Source of the DNA: Eledone cirrhosa
Lineage: Eukaryota
Reading direction: 5' to 3'
Assembly: GCA_964016885.1 (NCBI GenBank)
Contig: OZ024741.1
Span: 301,506,001 to 301,570,000, forward strand
DNA: 64,000 bases
The stretch's first letter is position 1, and each line of letters starts with the position of its first letter. Both the position numbers and the translations under genes were made by a program. The notes under the pieces are model-generated. The model saw only the letters and a list, made by a program, of their open reading frames with translations, was not told the origin of the DNA and ran no database searches. Shown in pieces: positions 1 through 11,857 of this stretch.

Positions 1-789
1 ACATACAAAGAGACTTATACGCACACACACACACACACATCTCCAAATAAGACAAAAGCTGAAAAACATCTTTTGACATGCTAAAATACCCCCCACTGCT
101 TACAGACACATTCCTACTGACCATCCCTGCTACCACGAATTACTCTGCTACACACACACACACACACACACTTATCTTAATAGCCATTTGACACACATCC
201 CTGCTAATCATTATCACAACATCGAACACCTTACTACTACTACTACACACACACACACACATATTTGTTGTGAAAGAGTCATTTCTCAGTCTTGGCGCAA
301 AATCAATTTTTTATTCACATGACCTCTACCGACCAATCAAAATTGTTTTGACCACAAGAATTTTTGCAAACACCAAGTAGCGCTGGAGCCACTTTTTTAA
401 CATAAAAACAGTCTTGGCGCAAAATCAATTTTTTACATTCACATGACCTCTACCGACCAATCAAAATTGTTTTGACCACAAGAATTTTTGCAACACCAAA
501 GTAGCGCTGGAGCCACTTTTTTAACATAAAACAGGTAGAATTCCCAAAACTAATCAGATCAGAGCAAACAACACGGACACTCTATCTCAAAATTATTTTT
601 GAAAAGCATTTAGAAATGCGCAACCGGTAAAAACTTAAAAACTTAAAACCACAACTGAATACTAACCCATACAATTACTAATACTCTTTTATTCCTAATT
701 AAACCATTTTTCAACTGTGAACAATTTGTCAGCATTTTCTATTCCGTTTACCAATATATAATAACTTGTGTGTTACACCTCTATTCTTT

Positions 790-793
<4 letters not shown>
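1..793 (+). mobile_element. 3' UTR/pseudo-LTR of a Neptune-like Penelope element (same family as 25437-29790), running off the window start
   Basis: Near-identical reverse complement of 25437-26260, including the duplicated ~125-bp unit and the TTGAAAA..GCAA CCGG TA motif; ends in (TA)n. Confidence 0.85.
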
Positions 794-861
<68 letters not shown>

Positions 862-871
862 AAAATGTATG

Positions 872-968
872 ACCTCGACGGCAGAGCTCAAGCAGTTTCT
901 ACAGCTATTTCTGGATTAAATTAGAATTTTTAGCCTGGTGAATAAATAGCCGAACTTATCAAGGGGGT
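872..968 (-). ncRNA. Hammerhead ribozyme motif in the 3' pLTR of PLE-1 (several substitutions)
   Basis: Homologous to 4004-4100; core TTGATAA...GAAA ctgc..gccg TC. Confidence 0.6.
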
Positions 969-1679
969 ACTTCCTTATATGGGAAGATTGTAGTTGTCAA
1001 GAGGATTGGTTAAAATTTGTTGTAAACACAAATAAGTCCATCATGGCATTTGGTGGGAGGTAGGGTGGCTGTACTTGCCTGTAGAACAATAGGGGAGTGA
1101 GTGGAACGGTCAAGCATTGAAAGTGATATGTATCCAGCAGATTCTAAGGATAGTGTATGAAATGGAGGAGGGAGGTTATAGAATAGGTAATTCGAATGAG
1201 AGTAGGAGACAATAAAAGATAATAGAAAGAAATAAAAAAATATATAAAATATAAAAATAGATAGTGAGAAATGAATAAAAAAAATCACAATGCTAACTTA
1301 CAATTACAGGTTAATAAGTTGAGAATCGAAAAAACTTGTAGAAATTGAGTAGTAACAAAACTGATACAAAATTAAAGGGATCGAACACATCTGCTATAAG
1401 TAGTTAGTAAAACATAATCAGCCAATTCTATCTTAAAATTACAGGGGTGGGGGAACTGATGCTACAGAGGCCCGAAGGGCTGCATCGGGGTAGGCGAAAG
1501 GGGAAAAGAAGACGAGGAAGAAAATAAGGGGTGGAAGGAAGTGATAGGATGAGACAGGGGGAAGAAGACAAAGAAGTAAAGAAAGTGATACATCTACCTA
1601 TGTAAGCTGGGGTTTCCCCTAACTTATTCGGCAAGTGGGGCGGTATGCGCCCTTGTCTACCCACCCGAGTCGTTATGGT

Positions 1680-3818
1680 GTTTGAGAGCAAGGTAAATCC
1701 TACGCAATCTTTTTTGCATGCGGTTACCAGTTCGTCTTTTTTGTTTAGGAGTTGGTCCTTCGAAAACATCATTTGTAATGTTTCCTCCGAACATAAGTTA
1801 CAGGGACGGCGTCCATCCGTGTAAAAGTTAACTCTGGACTGAAAGCTCCAAGTGAGATTGTAGGTTATATTATCATCTTGGAGGTCCCAGATGTGGCCCA
1901 AAAGTGTAGTGGCATGTCGCCGGAGTGGGTTTCGGAAAGTATACTCGGTGTTGGTAGAGCCAGGTCTTGAAGTCACACGCGGTTAATCCTATATAAGCTT
2001 TGTTGGAGGTGTCCGTCCTCACGTTACACTGGTAGATCACGTTACGTTCTAGGCATTTGTTGTTGAAGGGGGACGTAGATCTATCAGGGCAGTTACACCT
2101 CCTGGTCGGCTCTCCACTGATGTCTAGGTGGTTTCTTCCATAGGGGTTGAGTTTTTTGTTGTTTGAGGAGACGATGTTTTGTGCGAAGTTAGGTGTGGTG
2201 CTGTAGGAGAGTGTGATGGTGTTTTTGTTGATTATGTTGTGGTAGCGGTGTTGTAGTGGGAAGTGGTATTCGAGGAGCCTAAAGAAGATTTTCCCGATGG
2301 GTGTTGCCTCCTCGGCATTATAGGGAGGATTGAACCACGTTACCTTGCGTGAGCGGCGGTGTCGCCTGCTGGTTCCGCTAAGGAAAGCTGGATAAAAGGA
2401 TATTTCCTGCCGGAAGCTACTCCGCTTGAGGGCTTGGTTGTAATGAGGCGCATGTTCGTCGAATATCTGCTCATTAGCGGACAAACGAGATATGCGGAGA
2501 GAGATGTTTTTAACCGGGTTATTGGCGATGTTTCTAGGATGGTTAGAGCGGCGGTGGATGTAGTGCAGGTTGTCGTTTTGTTTGCTGTATGGGGAGTACT
2601 GATCATTTCCGAGGTTAAGGGTAACGTCCAGGAAATTGACTCGGGTTAGGGACGTTTATAGGGTTATTTTAAATCCCCAGTCCCGGAAGAAGTTGATTAG
2701 TTGTTTACGGAACCGGTCTGTACTACTGGGGTTGTACCCTTTGAGGGTGAGGAGCCCATCATCCCGGTACAAACCACCGCCCAATGCAGGAAACATTTCG
2801 GTGAGTTTAAATAGTAAGAATAATCCTATAAGATCTGTGACCTCGGCCGAATCCGTCGCGCCCATACTGACGTCGAAGGGGGAGTCGGGAGCTCTCTTTA
2901 TCCACTTGGAGTTGTCGAAATGTAGGACTGTCTTCCTGGCGTGGTGAATGATATTTTTTTCCTAGTCAGTGATGCGTGTGAGTGTTTCAGCAAAATCCAA
3001 GGCGGCCGTAAGGAGCGGGAAGGTAATAGATGCATAGTAACTCTCTATGTCAAACTGGATAAATTTTGTGTCTCGTTTGTCCTCCATATTCCTGTACCAT
3101 GAGATTACTTCCTGGGTGCTGACCCATAGGCTAAGTCTCACGTTTTGCTTAACTTTTGGTATAACGCGGTCTAGGATCTTTTTACTGATTCTCCATATGT
3201 CCGACTTCGTTGGGTTTATAAGCCTAATGGATGGTTTGCGGTCGAAGTCGGATTTGTGGTGCTTCAGTGTGAAGTAGGGAGTCCGTGGGTCTAGGGGTTA
3301 AGTGCGGTCGGCGACCCCGAGACTGGAAGTAATTTGTTGTCCATCTCGATTTATGTCCTCGATAATTGAATGGTTAGCCTTTTTATAGGTGGAGTTTAGG
3401 CTGCTCCTGATCAGTGTGTGGTATCTGTCAGGGTTGACGAAGTAGAGGTTTCCGGTTTTGTCCGAGTGCACCATGATGTCGTAGGTGTTTTCATACTCTG
3501 TTATTTTGCTAAGGAGTCGTTGTAGGAATCTGTTGTGTCTGGGTTTGAATTTAATGCTCTTGACCAGGTGGAAAAGATCGTTCTCGAAGGGTGAGAGCAT
3601 AGGGTTCTAAGAGGGGGGGGGGGAGATTTGTACGTATTGAATCCGAATATCTCCTTGGTGTCGAAGTCCTGATTGTCGCGGTATCTATCGTAGAAAAAAG
3701 TTCTCCATCTTAGTCTTTTCGCAAAAAGGTCGATATTTTGCGTGAGCATCCGAAGGTAAAGTTTTCTCGGTGGAACTGGGATGTTCTTGATGGAGAAGTC
3801 GATGTTGTGTTTTCGCAT
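1680..3818 (-). pseudogene. PLE RT/GIY-YIG ORF broken by frameshifts and stops
   Basis: ORFs 3501-3965 (MRKHNIDFSIKNIP...), 3298-3600, 2656-2865, 1873-2484 and 1428-1976 are colinear with the homologous ORF at 30446-32389. Confidence 0.85.
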
Positions 3819-4003
3819 CGTGCGGGTGAAGAAACTTGAGCTGGGTGGTAAAGTCGGGATATGGCGTGGTAGAGTCGGAAAGTGCTCTACTACAGAGATA
3901 AAAGCTAAATAACAAAGCAATTGTGGTAAGGAACCAGATGGACCATAACGCACCAGAGTACTCAATACTTAGGGTAGCAGAGTGGGAAATAGGAAAAAGT
4001 ATG

Positions 4004-4100
4004 ACCCCGACGGCAGAGCTCAAGCCGTTTCGACGGCTATTTCTGGACTAAATTAGAATTTTTAGCCCGGCGAATAAATAGCCGAACTTGTCAAGGGGGT
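4004..4100 (-). ncRNA. Type-I hammerhead ribozyme motif, U3-A8 core variant
   Basis: Minus strand: cccc TTGACAA g..cggctattt...aaatagccgtc GAAA cggc-ttgagctct-gccg TC gggg; stems I, II and III all pair. Confidence 0.8.
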
Positions 4101-4259
4101 ACTTCCTTATATGGGAAGATTGTAGTTGTCAAGAGGATTGGTTAAAATATGTTGTAAACACAAATTGTTGTAAACCAAATGCCATGATAGACTTATTTGT
4201 GTTTACAACAAATTTTAACCATTCCTCTTGACAACTACAATCTTCCCATATAAGGAAGT

Positions 4260-4356
4260 ACCCCCTTGACAAGTTCAGCTATTTATTTACCGGGCTAAAA
4301 ATTCTAATTTAGTCCAGAAATAACCGTCGAAACGGCTTGAGCTCTGCCGTCGGGGT
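4260..4356 (+). ncRNA. Type-I hammerhead ribozyme motif in the inverted pLTR of PLE-1
   Basis: cccc TTGACAA ... GAAA cggc ttgagctct gccg TC gggg. Confidence 0.75.
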
Positions 4357-4446
4357 CATACTTGTTCCTATTTCCCACTCTACTAACCTAAGTATTGAGT
4401 ACTCGGTGCGTTATGGTCAATCTGGTTCCTTACCACAATTCCTTTG

Positions 4447-4447
<1 letters not shown>

Positions 4448-4531
<84 letters not shown>

Positions 4532-4581
4532 AACATATATATATGTATATATATATATAAACATATATATATATATATATG

Positions 4582-4673
<92 letters not shown>

Positions 4674-4770
4674 TATATACATGTACACACATACATATAT
4701 ATATATACACATACACATACATACATACACACACACATACATACACACATATATACACACATGCATATGT
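4448..4770. repeat. Compound (TA)n/(CA)n microsatellite, representative of dozens in the window (e.g. 794-858, 17990-18160, 23370-23600, 43910-44120, 48030-48390, 51318-51566)
   Basis: Direct inspection. Confidence 0.95.
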
Positions 4771-5189
4771 ACTTACATATAAAAGGATACATATGCATAT
4801 ACACAAATAAGAATAAATAATCATAGTAGGCCGTCACATAGAAATAAGCAAATAAAAAATAAGGATTAAAATAAACAATATTATTAAGTTGACAGCGATA
4901 CAAGTCGGCAAAATTTAAAATGATAATAAAAATAATAATAATAATGATTTCTTTATTAACCACAAGGGTTTACATAAAGTAGACATTAAGGACAGTACAG
5001 GACAATACAGGACGGTACAAATGGGCATTTCTGCGTGTAAAAAAAACAGAGGATGTAATAAAATAACAAAGAAAAATTCCCCAATAGGGGGGAGACTTCC
5101 GAGGGACATTTGTGGAGAAAGCCCATTAAAAGACCACAGTGACCCTGACCACCAGGGCAAGTGCCCTCTCCCAGTTTTCCATCTTTAAT

Positions 5190-8100
5190 TTACAGACACA
5201 TACTCAGAGTAGGCCCATTCACTCGGGCCATACTTGCTTCTCTCACCCATCTTTCAACAAAATGCTGGGAAGAGAGCACTTCCCTTTCTACCATGATTTT
5301 CCTTTTCAAATGAAATTTGAAAAAGTTAATCAGGGCATCACCGAAGAGGTAAGTGCTCGTCTTCAGCCCTTTCAAACGTGTCCACCATACTATCTCTTTC
5401 GCCATGGCCACAAGACATATAAAAACTGCCTGCCCTTCCCGGCTAAAGGAAGATGGCGGGGAATTCTTCAGATTGCACTCAGCTGATAGCTGGATCCGTC
5501 CTACACGTTACAGCAGGTGTTCGACATAAACCCACAAGTCAGCAATGCTCGGACACTGGACGAGTGTGTGCAGGACGGTTTCGTCGCCCTGCGCGCATCT
5601 CGGACATGCCCGGCTGACGGCACCTCCATGCCTGTAGAGTTTATCCCGAAATGGCAAAGCTCCCCGGTAGCACTGCCAGGCCAGGGATTTCTGGAAGTTG
5701 TCCATAGGCCCCGGCCCGAAAGTCCTTCCGAAGAGATTGGCTAGTTGATTTTCGTCGACGCCTAGAGTTTCTCCAAGTACGACGTCACTCTTCCCTTCCA
5801 CTAATCCTCTATAGAACGCCAAGGTGGAGTTTCCACCGATCACATTGCCCGATTGATCGAGGGCTGTGAGCGCCTGAAAACATTCCAGTCTCCAAGCGCT
5901 CCCTCTCGATCTTTGCTTGACCCAGGACTGCAGCTCCGTCAAGGAGACGAGCTGGGGAAAGACGTGTCTAGCAAACGACGACCACACCTGATCACCGTCG
6001 AGGAAGAGGTGGAGATGTCGTAGCCTGAGCGCGTGTCTGCGCATCATCAGCCACGGCATGCACAACCCTCCAGCGCAGTCAGGCGGGGCTTAGGACAAGG
6101 TACGACGGTCAGGCGGTAGTAGATGACGGACGCGATGTACGCGTTATCCACCTCCGCTCGACCTTTCAGAGATAGCTTCTCTCGGCCCATGCTTGAGAGA
6201 AGCCACCCTGCTCGTCACTTCGTCCCAGTTTTTGTCCGTCTGGAGGTTCGGACCGAACCAGACCCCTAGCAATTTAACCGGTCCGTCCGTCCAGCGCCTG
6301 ACGACGCTGTTGGACGGCATGGACCTGCCTCTCCAGGTGCCGAGTTGCAGGCCCACTGACTTTTCCTGGTTGATCATTGCTCCTGTTACCGCTTCGTATT
6401 CTCTTAGTGTAGTGCCGATCGCCTCGATGTGTTTGGCGTTCGACACCACTACGGTGACATCATCCGCATATGCTGACACGGATCTTCCGCATCCTAGTTC
6501 GCGCGGGACACACACCCCCCCCCCCTCAACGTCTCCAGTTTGTGCAGTAATGGCTCGAGAGTCAATACGTACAAGAGGGACGAGAGAGGACATCCTTGGC
6601 GGACCGAGCACATGATATTGAACGGTTCCGAAAGGTGACCGTTCATTCTCACCACAGAGCAGATGTCGCTGTGCATGGCAGCGATCCAGCCTCTGAAGAC
6701 GGGCCCAAAGCCAGCCGCCCTCAGGACTGCCGCTAGGTAACGATGGTCGACCCTATCGCAGGCTTTCGACTGATCTAAATTTATCAAAGACCCACCCGTG
6801 CCAGGTTCCCTAGCTACCCTCTCTACGATGTATCACATGAGGTGGAGGTTGTCGTGGATGGATCTGTCGGGAATGGCGCATGTCTGCGCCTCTCCCACCA
6901 GACCACCAACGACAAGCGCCAACCTCTTTGCTAGCACCTTGGCCAAAATCTTGAACTCTGTGTTTAGCAGAGTTATGGGCCTAAAATTATCTATGTTATC
7001 CCCCTTGTTCGGATCCTTTCTCAGCAGCGCCACCGCTCCTCGGCTCATAGAGCTGGGAATTCTCCCGTTCTGTTGCCAGTTGCAGTAGACGTCCGCCAAG
7101 AGGCCTCCGAACAAGTCTGGCATTTGTACGTAAAGTTCATAGGGCAGACCATCCAAACCAGGCGATTTACCCCTTGTGCCTCCAGTACTTCAGCGGCTGT
7201 TATCGGCTTTTCGCAACACTCCGCTTCAGTGGCCGAGAGCCGCGGCAGTCCGTCGAGGTAGACACTAAAGTCCATCCCTCGATCCGGCCCGCCGCTTCCC
7301 CCGAACAGTTGAGCGAAGTGTCGCTGAAAAGCTTCACACATTTGCCCGGGATCGAGTAGCATGCGCCCGTCGTGGTCCACCAAAGACCGGATCGTGGCTT
7401 TTTTGTCACGACGCGCCTCCGCCACTCGGGCCCATTGAACGGCTTCCGTCCCCTCGTGTCTGAGAGCACGCACCCTAGCTCTGACAACGCAGACTTCGTG
7501 CTTTGCATTGAAGAATTGGTCAAGGGCCAATTTCGCCGCAAGTATTCTAATTGCTCTTTTCAGAGCAAACCACCACTTGTTGTTGACGATGGCCCCCGTC
7601 AACGCCCTCTTAACTAGTTCGCTAATCCGGTCTCTGTAGGCCTTGCGCGCTGGTAAGGACGCGTTTAGCTTCCAGTAGCCGGGTCCTCGTCTATGAAGCC
7701 TATCTAAGTCAAGCACACAGATCACGAATTTGTGGTCCGTGTAGCTGAGTATCTTGAATTGTGGACAGCCTATGCTAGACCTATCTATTTCCCTACAAAA
7801 TACTCTATCTAGATATGATCTGGATGACCCTATGAGATTTGTCCAAGTCCACATTGGCACATTCGGGAAATCCAATCGGTACCTGTCAGACAGTTCAAAA
7901 CGCCTGAGCAGGTTGGTGAGGCTCTTGCACCCTCCTCCCCTATCCGCTAATCCCACACAGTCCCAGTGTGCATCTAAGATCCCGTTCCAGTCGCCCACTA
8001 ACACTAAAGAGCGGTACGTTCCAAGAAAGGTCTCCAGACACCGGAAGAAATCAGGCCGCCCTGCTCCTGTCGGGGCATAGACGGCCACTAGCCTGAAAGC

Positions 8101-8410
8101 TTGCCCGTCTCCGCTGGTCACGTCTAGCACCACCAACTTACCTTCTGGGTCGAGGAAGATGGCCCGTATGGCGAGATCCAAACTCTCCGAAAAAGCACAG
8201 CAACTCCTCCCCCCGATCCAGGTTGGCTGGAAGATGCGTACACATCGTAGACGCCGAAGATCGGTGCGAAGGCCCGTGCTTCGGAGATTCTGGTCTCGCT
8301 GATGGCCACTACATCTATGTTTAGTGACCTGAGGTCGTTGAGCAGGTGGCCCTGCTTTCATGACGACCCCAAGCCACGCGCATTTATGCTGCCTATTCTG
8401 AGTGAGGTCA
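5190..8410 (-). pseudogene. LINE ORF2 (APE-RT-zinc finger), frameshifted
   Basis: ORFs 7045-8445, 6833-7156, 6494-6787, 6144-6611, 5508-6065 and 5190-5411. Confidence 0.9.
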
Positions 8411-8445
8411 TGTTGAAAAGGAGTGGAAAAGATGGGAAAGACCAC

Positions 8446-10349
8446 TTACCTTACTTCTCGTAGAGGAAGGATGGTTTCTCCATCCTTTTCACTGCTTGTG
8501 GCCTCCTCCGGAAGGATGTCCTTATAAATCCTCCTGGAGAGTGTTTGTCGGAAGTCTCCGATGTCTTTGGGGAATTTTTGTTTTAGTGTCGTGTACGTTT
8601 TCTGAGTGATGCGAGTGATTTGTATGTGTGGAGGTTGTGTGAACTTTTGAGTTGTTGCGTAGTCTTTTTCTGTGATGCTGGTGTTGTGTTGCATGTAGTG
8701 TAATAATTGGTTGTTGTTCAAATTTAATGCTGTGTAGTGTGTATCGTTTTGGTTGTTTTGTTTTGTTTGCGTTTGTTGTGGGTTTGTTTCTGTTACGCTT
8801 TTTGGTGACTTTTGTGGTGTTGGTGATGGTGGTGTTGGGGTTAATGATGGTGATGGTGTTGGTGTTTGTGGTGATGCTGGTGTGGATGGTGGCATATCTG
8901 TCTTAACTTTCTTGTTCGATAATGTATTTGTTTCCCTCTGTATTTTGTTTTTTGAGGGAGAAGGAAGAGAATTTTTTTCTTTTTTGGTTTCTTTTTTTTC
9001 TTTTTTCCTGATACCGTTTCCCACTCCTCGTCGTCACAATCTGTCTCCAGTTGCGATAAGCCGGGGAGTGGAAAATCCTCCACAGGCGTTGGTTTTGGTT
9101 GTGGCGTGGTGGATGATGTAGGCGCTGGTTCTAGTTCTGAAGCGTTGGGTGGTGGTGGTGTTGGTTTTGCTGGTGGTGGTGGTGTTGGTTTTGCTACTGT
9201 TGCTGGGGTTGTTGCTGTTATAGTTGCTTCTGTTGTTGCTGCTACAGTTGTTGCTGCCATCTCTGCTACTGGTGGTGTTGATGGTTGAGTCACTGGTGTG
9301 GGTAGGAGAGGTGGCCTCAACCTTTTAGCCTGAGGGCAGAAAGCCCTTAGGTGGGTTCCTTCACCACAAACGACACACCTAGGCCTTCTGCCCTCGACAA
9401 TTACGGTGAGGTGGCTGCCGTCAGTGAGGTCTATTACCTCTGGGATTTTGCTATTGCTATTATCTTGGTGTTGGCTTCGATGCCGGTGAAGGCGGCCGCT
9501 ATTAGCCAGGGAATTTCGATGGCCGGTGGAACGTAGGTCACCCTGATCTTTACGAGTCTCTGGCCACAATAGCTTGGGACGAGTGTGAAGTCGTCAATTC
9601 TTAATGGGGCCATGGAGTGTTCTCTAGTCTACTCTGGTGTTTCAAAGAACACTTCCACGGTTCCATACTTCTGCCCACGTCTGATGTGGGTTTTTCTTTC
9701 CCACACATGTCCCAAAGCTTTTTGGATTTGAGACTCGGATGCCCGTTCCACTCGGCGCGATTTTACATTAATTGTTCGATACGACACGGTGCATAGGCGC
9801 CGATGCTCCATTTTATTAGGTGGGGGAGGGGGAGGCTGACCCTGTACCCATCTTTCTTTACCATTTTTTTGGCTTCTTCTAATTCCTCCTGAGTTACCGT
9901 AAATGCTTCGCACTGTTTTGCTACTCTGGCAAAACTCAGGGTGGTTTTTTTAATGTCATTGTTGCTGTTGTTGTTCTCGTTATTTTTGTTATTATTAATT
10001 TTAGTTTCAGTTGTGGTGGTGGTGACGTCAGTGGTGTTCGGTGTGGAAGAGTCCATTTTGGTTGAAAACATTTCGACATCACGAGTTGATTTATTTTTTC
10101 CTTTTGTTTCTGTTGTCGCGGTGGTGGTGGGGTGGTGGTTGTCGCGGTGGTTGTGGTGGTGGCGGCTTTAACACCTGCAGTCATTGGTAATGGCGGGAAA
10201 TGAATGTCTGCCTGAGACAAATTTAAAATATTGCTAATGATTAAATTTTTAGTGTTGGCAAACATAGTAATATTTACAATGGTGGTGTCGGTGTGAGGTG
10301 TTAGATTATGAGGAAGGCTGTCAGCTTCGTGTGGCTGTGAGACTTCCAT
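8446..10349 (-). pseudogene. LINE ORF1 (zinc-knuckle, Pro/Thr-rich), frameshifted
   Basis: ORFs 9936-10349, 9763-10071, 9629-9913, 8841-9569 and 8446-9024; homologous to 15236-17170. Confidence 0.8.
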
Positions 10350-10560
10350 GTTTTTGTTTCAAAGAAATTTTTTGATAATTATAAATGTTTAAATTTTGGG
10401 CACAAGGCCCCAATCTTTTTGGGTGTCCTTTTCGGAAAACAATGTATGTGCGCTTATAAACAGTTAACAATAAAATTTTCCATAAATGGCAATTTTTAAC
10501 AAACGGAAATAACAAACCTTTGCGGAGCTCACGATGATACGATTTACTACGTAGGTCGCC

Positions 10561-10629
<69 letters not shown>

Positions 10630-10630
<1 letters not shown>

Positions 10631-10996
10631 CTTTCTTTATTAACCACAAGGGTTTACATAAAGACATTAAGGACAGTACAGGACAATACAAGGCGGTACA
10701 AATGGGCATGTATGCGTGTAAAAAAAAAACAGAGGATGTAATAAAAAATAACAATGAAAAATTCCCCAATAGGAGGGAGACTTCCGATGGACATTTGTGG
10801 CGAAAGCCCATTAAAAGGCCACAGTAACCCTGACCACCAGGGCAAGTGCCCTCACCCAGTTTTCCACCTTTAATTTACAGACAGATACTCAGAGTAGACC
10901 CATTCACTCGGGCCATACTTGCTTCTCTCACCCATCTTTCAACAAAATGCTGGGAAGAGAGCACTTCCCTCTCTACCCTGATTTTCCTTTTCAAAT
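10630..10996 (-). mobile_element. 5'-truncated copy of the Tx1-like LINE (same subfamily as copy 1)
   Basis: Highly similar to 4946-5310; bounded by (AAT)n on both sides. Confidence 0.9.
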
Positions 10997-11011
10997 AATA
11001 ATAATAATAAT

Positions 11012-11548
11012 GATTTCATTTATTAGCCACAAGGGCCGACATGTAGGGGATAATACAAAGACAGGGACAGTGGGGGTTTACAATAAGGTCGAGTAAAAGT
11101 GCACAATGGCAAGACTAATTTAACAATGAAAATATAAAAATATAAAATAAACTATGCATAAATATACAAAATAAATTCCCCGATAGGGGGTGGACGACCC
11201 TGGGGTGACTCGGGTATCCCACCAATCCTGAACCACCCATTCGCTTCTAGGGCACCCAGGGAGAGCACCTCTCTCCTCGTGTTAGCTAGCCTATAGGCGC
11301 ATGGTCAGAGTAGGCCCATTCACACGAGCCATTCTCGCCACATTCACCCACCTTTTAGAAAATGTACTGGGGGGGGGGGGCAGCACTTCTCTCTCCACCC
11401 TGACCTTCCTTTCCAGGTGAAACTTGACGAAGTTGATGAGGGATTGGCCGAAGAGAAAAGTGTCTGTCTTCAGTCCTTTTAACCTGGTCCACCATACAAC
11501 CTCTTTTGCAACTGCCACCAGACAGAGGAAAATTTCCTGCTCTTCCTG
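11012..11548 (-). mobile_element. 5'-truncated Tx1-like LINE of a related subfamily
   Basis: Encodes the ORF2 C-terminus (AKEVVWWTRLKGLKT...NGPTLTMRL); same terminal CCCTTGTGG.AATAAA motif; bounded by (AAT)n. Confidence 0.88.
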
Positions 11549-11857
11549 TAATAATAATAATAATGATTTCTTTATTGGCCACAAGGGCTGGCATTAAGAA
11601 TAACATTACAGACGACACAGGACGGTACGATGTGGGTTTTGTGCGTGTAAATATTTTTATTATTTATATAAGAAAAGAAAAAAAGGACATAGAAACATAT
11701 ATATATATAAACAATAAAAATGAAAATTGAAACAATGAAAAATTCCCCAATAGGGGGGAAACCTCCGAGGGTTACTCGTGGCGAAAACCACACAAAAGAC
11801 CACGGCCACTCTGACCACCAGGGCAAGCGCCCTCTCTCAATGTTTCCATTTCTCAAA

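Larger units (their letters stand above)
860..4447 (-). mobile_element. Full-length degenerate Penelope-like element (PLE-1) with direct pLTRs (866-1030, 4000-4165) and an inverted pLTR (4174-4447)
   Basis: Frameshifted ORF pieces give RT motifs ([31 protein letters not shown]) and GIY-YIG (NVIYQC..AYIGLT..CNLC); terminal repeats visible; flanked by (TA)n. Confidence 0.9.
4946..10560 (-). mobile_element. Near-full-length Tx1/L1-clade LINE (copy 1), degenerate
   Basis: ORF1 with CCHC knuckle (CVVCGEGTHLRAFC); ORF2 with APE endonuclease (AISETR, VYAP, GDWNG, YLDRVF, TDHK), RT (RPITLLN, DQSKA.DRV, QGCPLS, AYADD) and a C-terminal CxxC...HxxxxC; AATAAA plus (ATT)n tail. Confidence 0.92.

Noticed and set aside
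4337-4963. ORFs rich in YI/CV/HT repeats here and throughout the window
   Set aside because: Translations of (TA)n/(TG)n microsatellites, not genes
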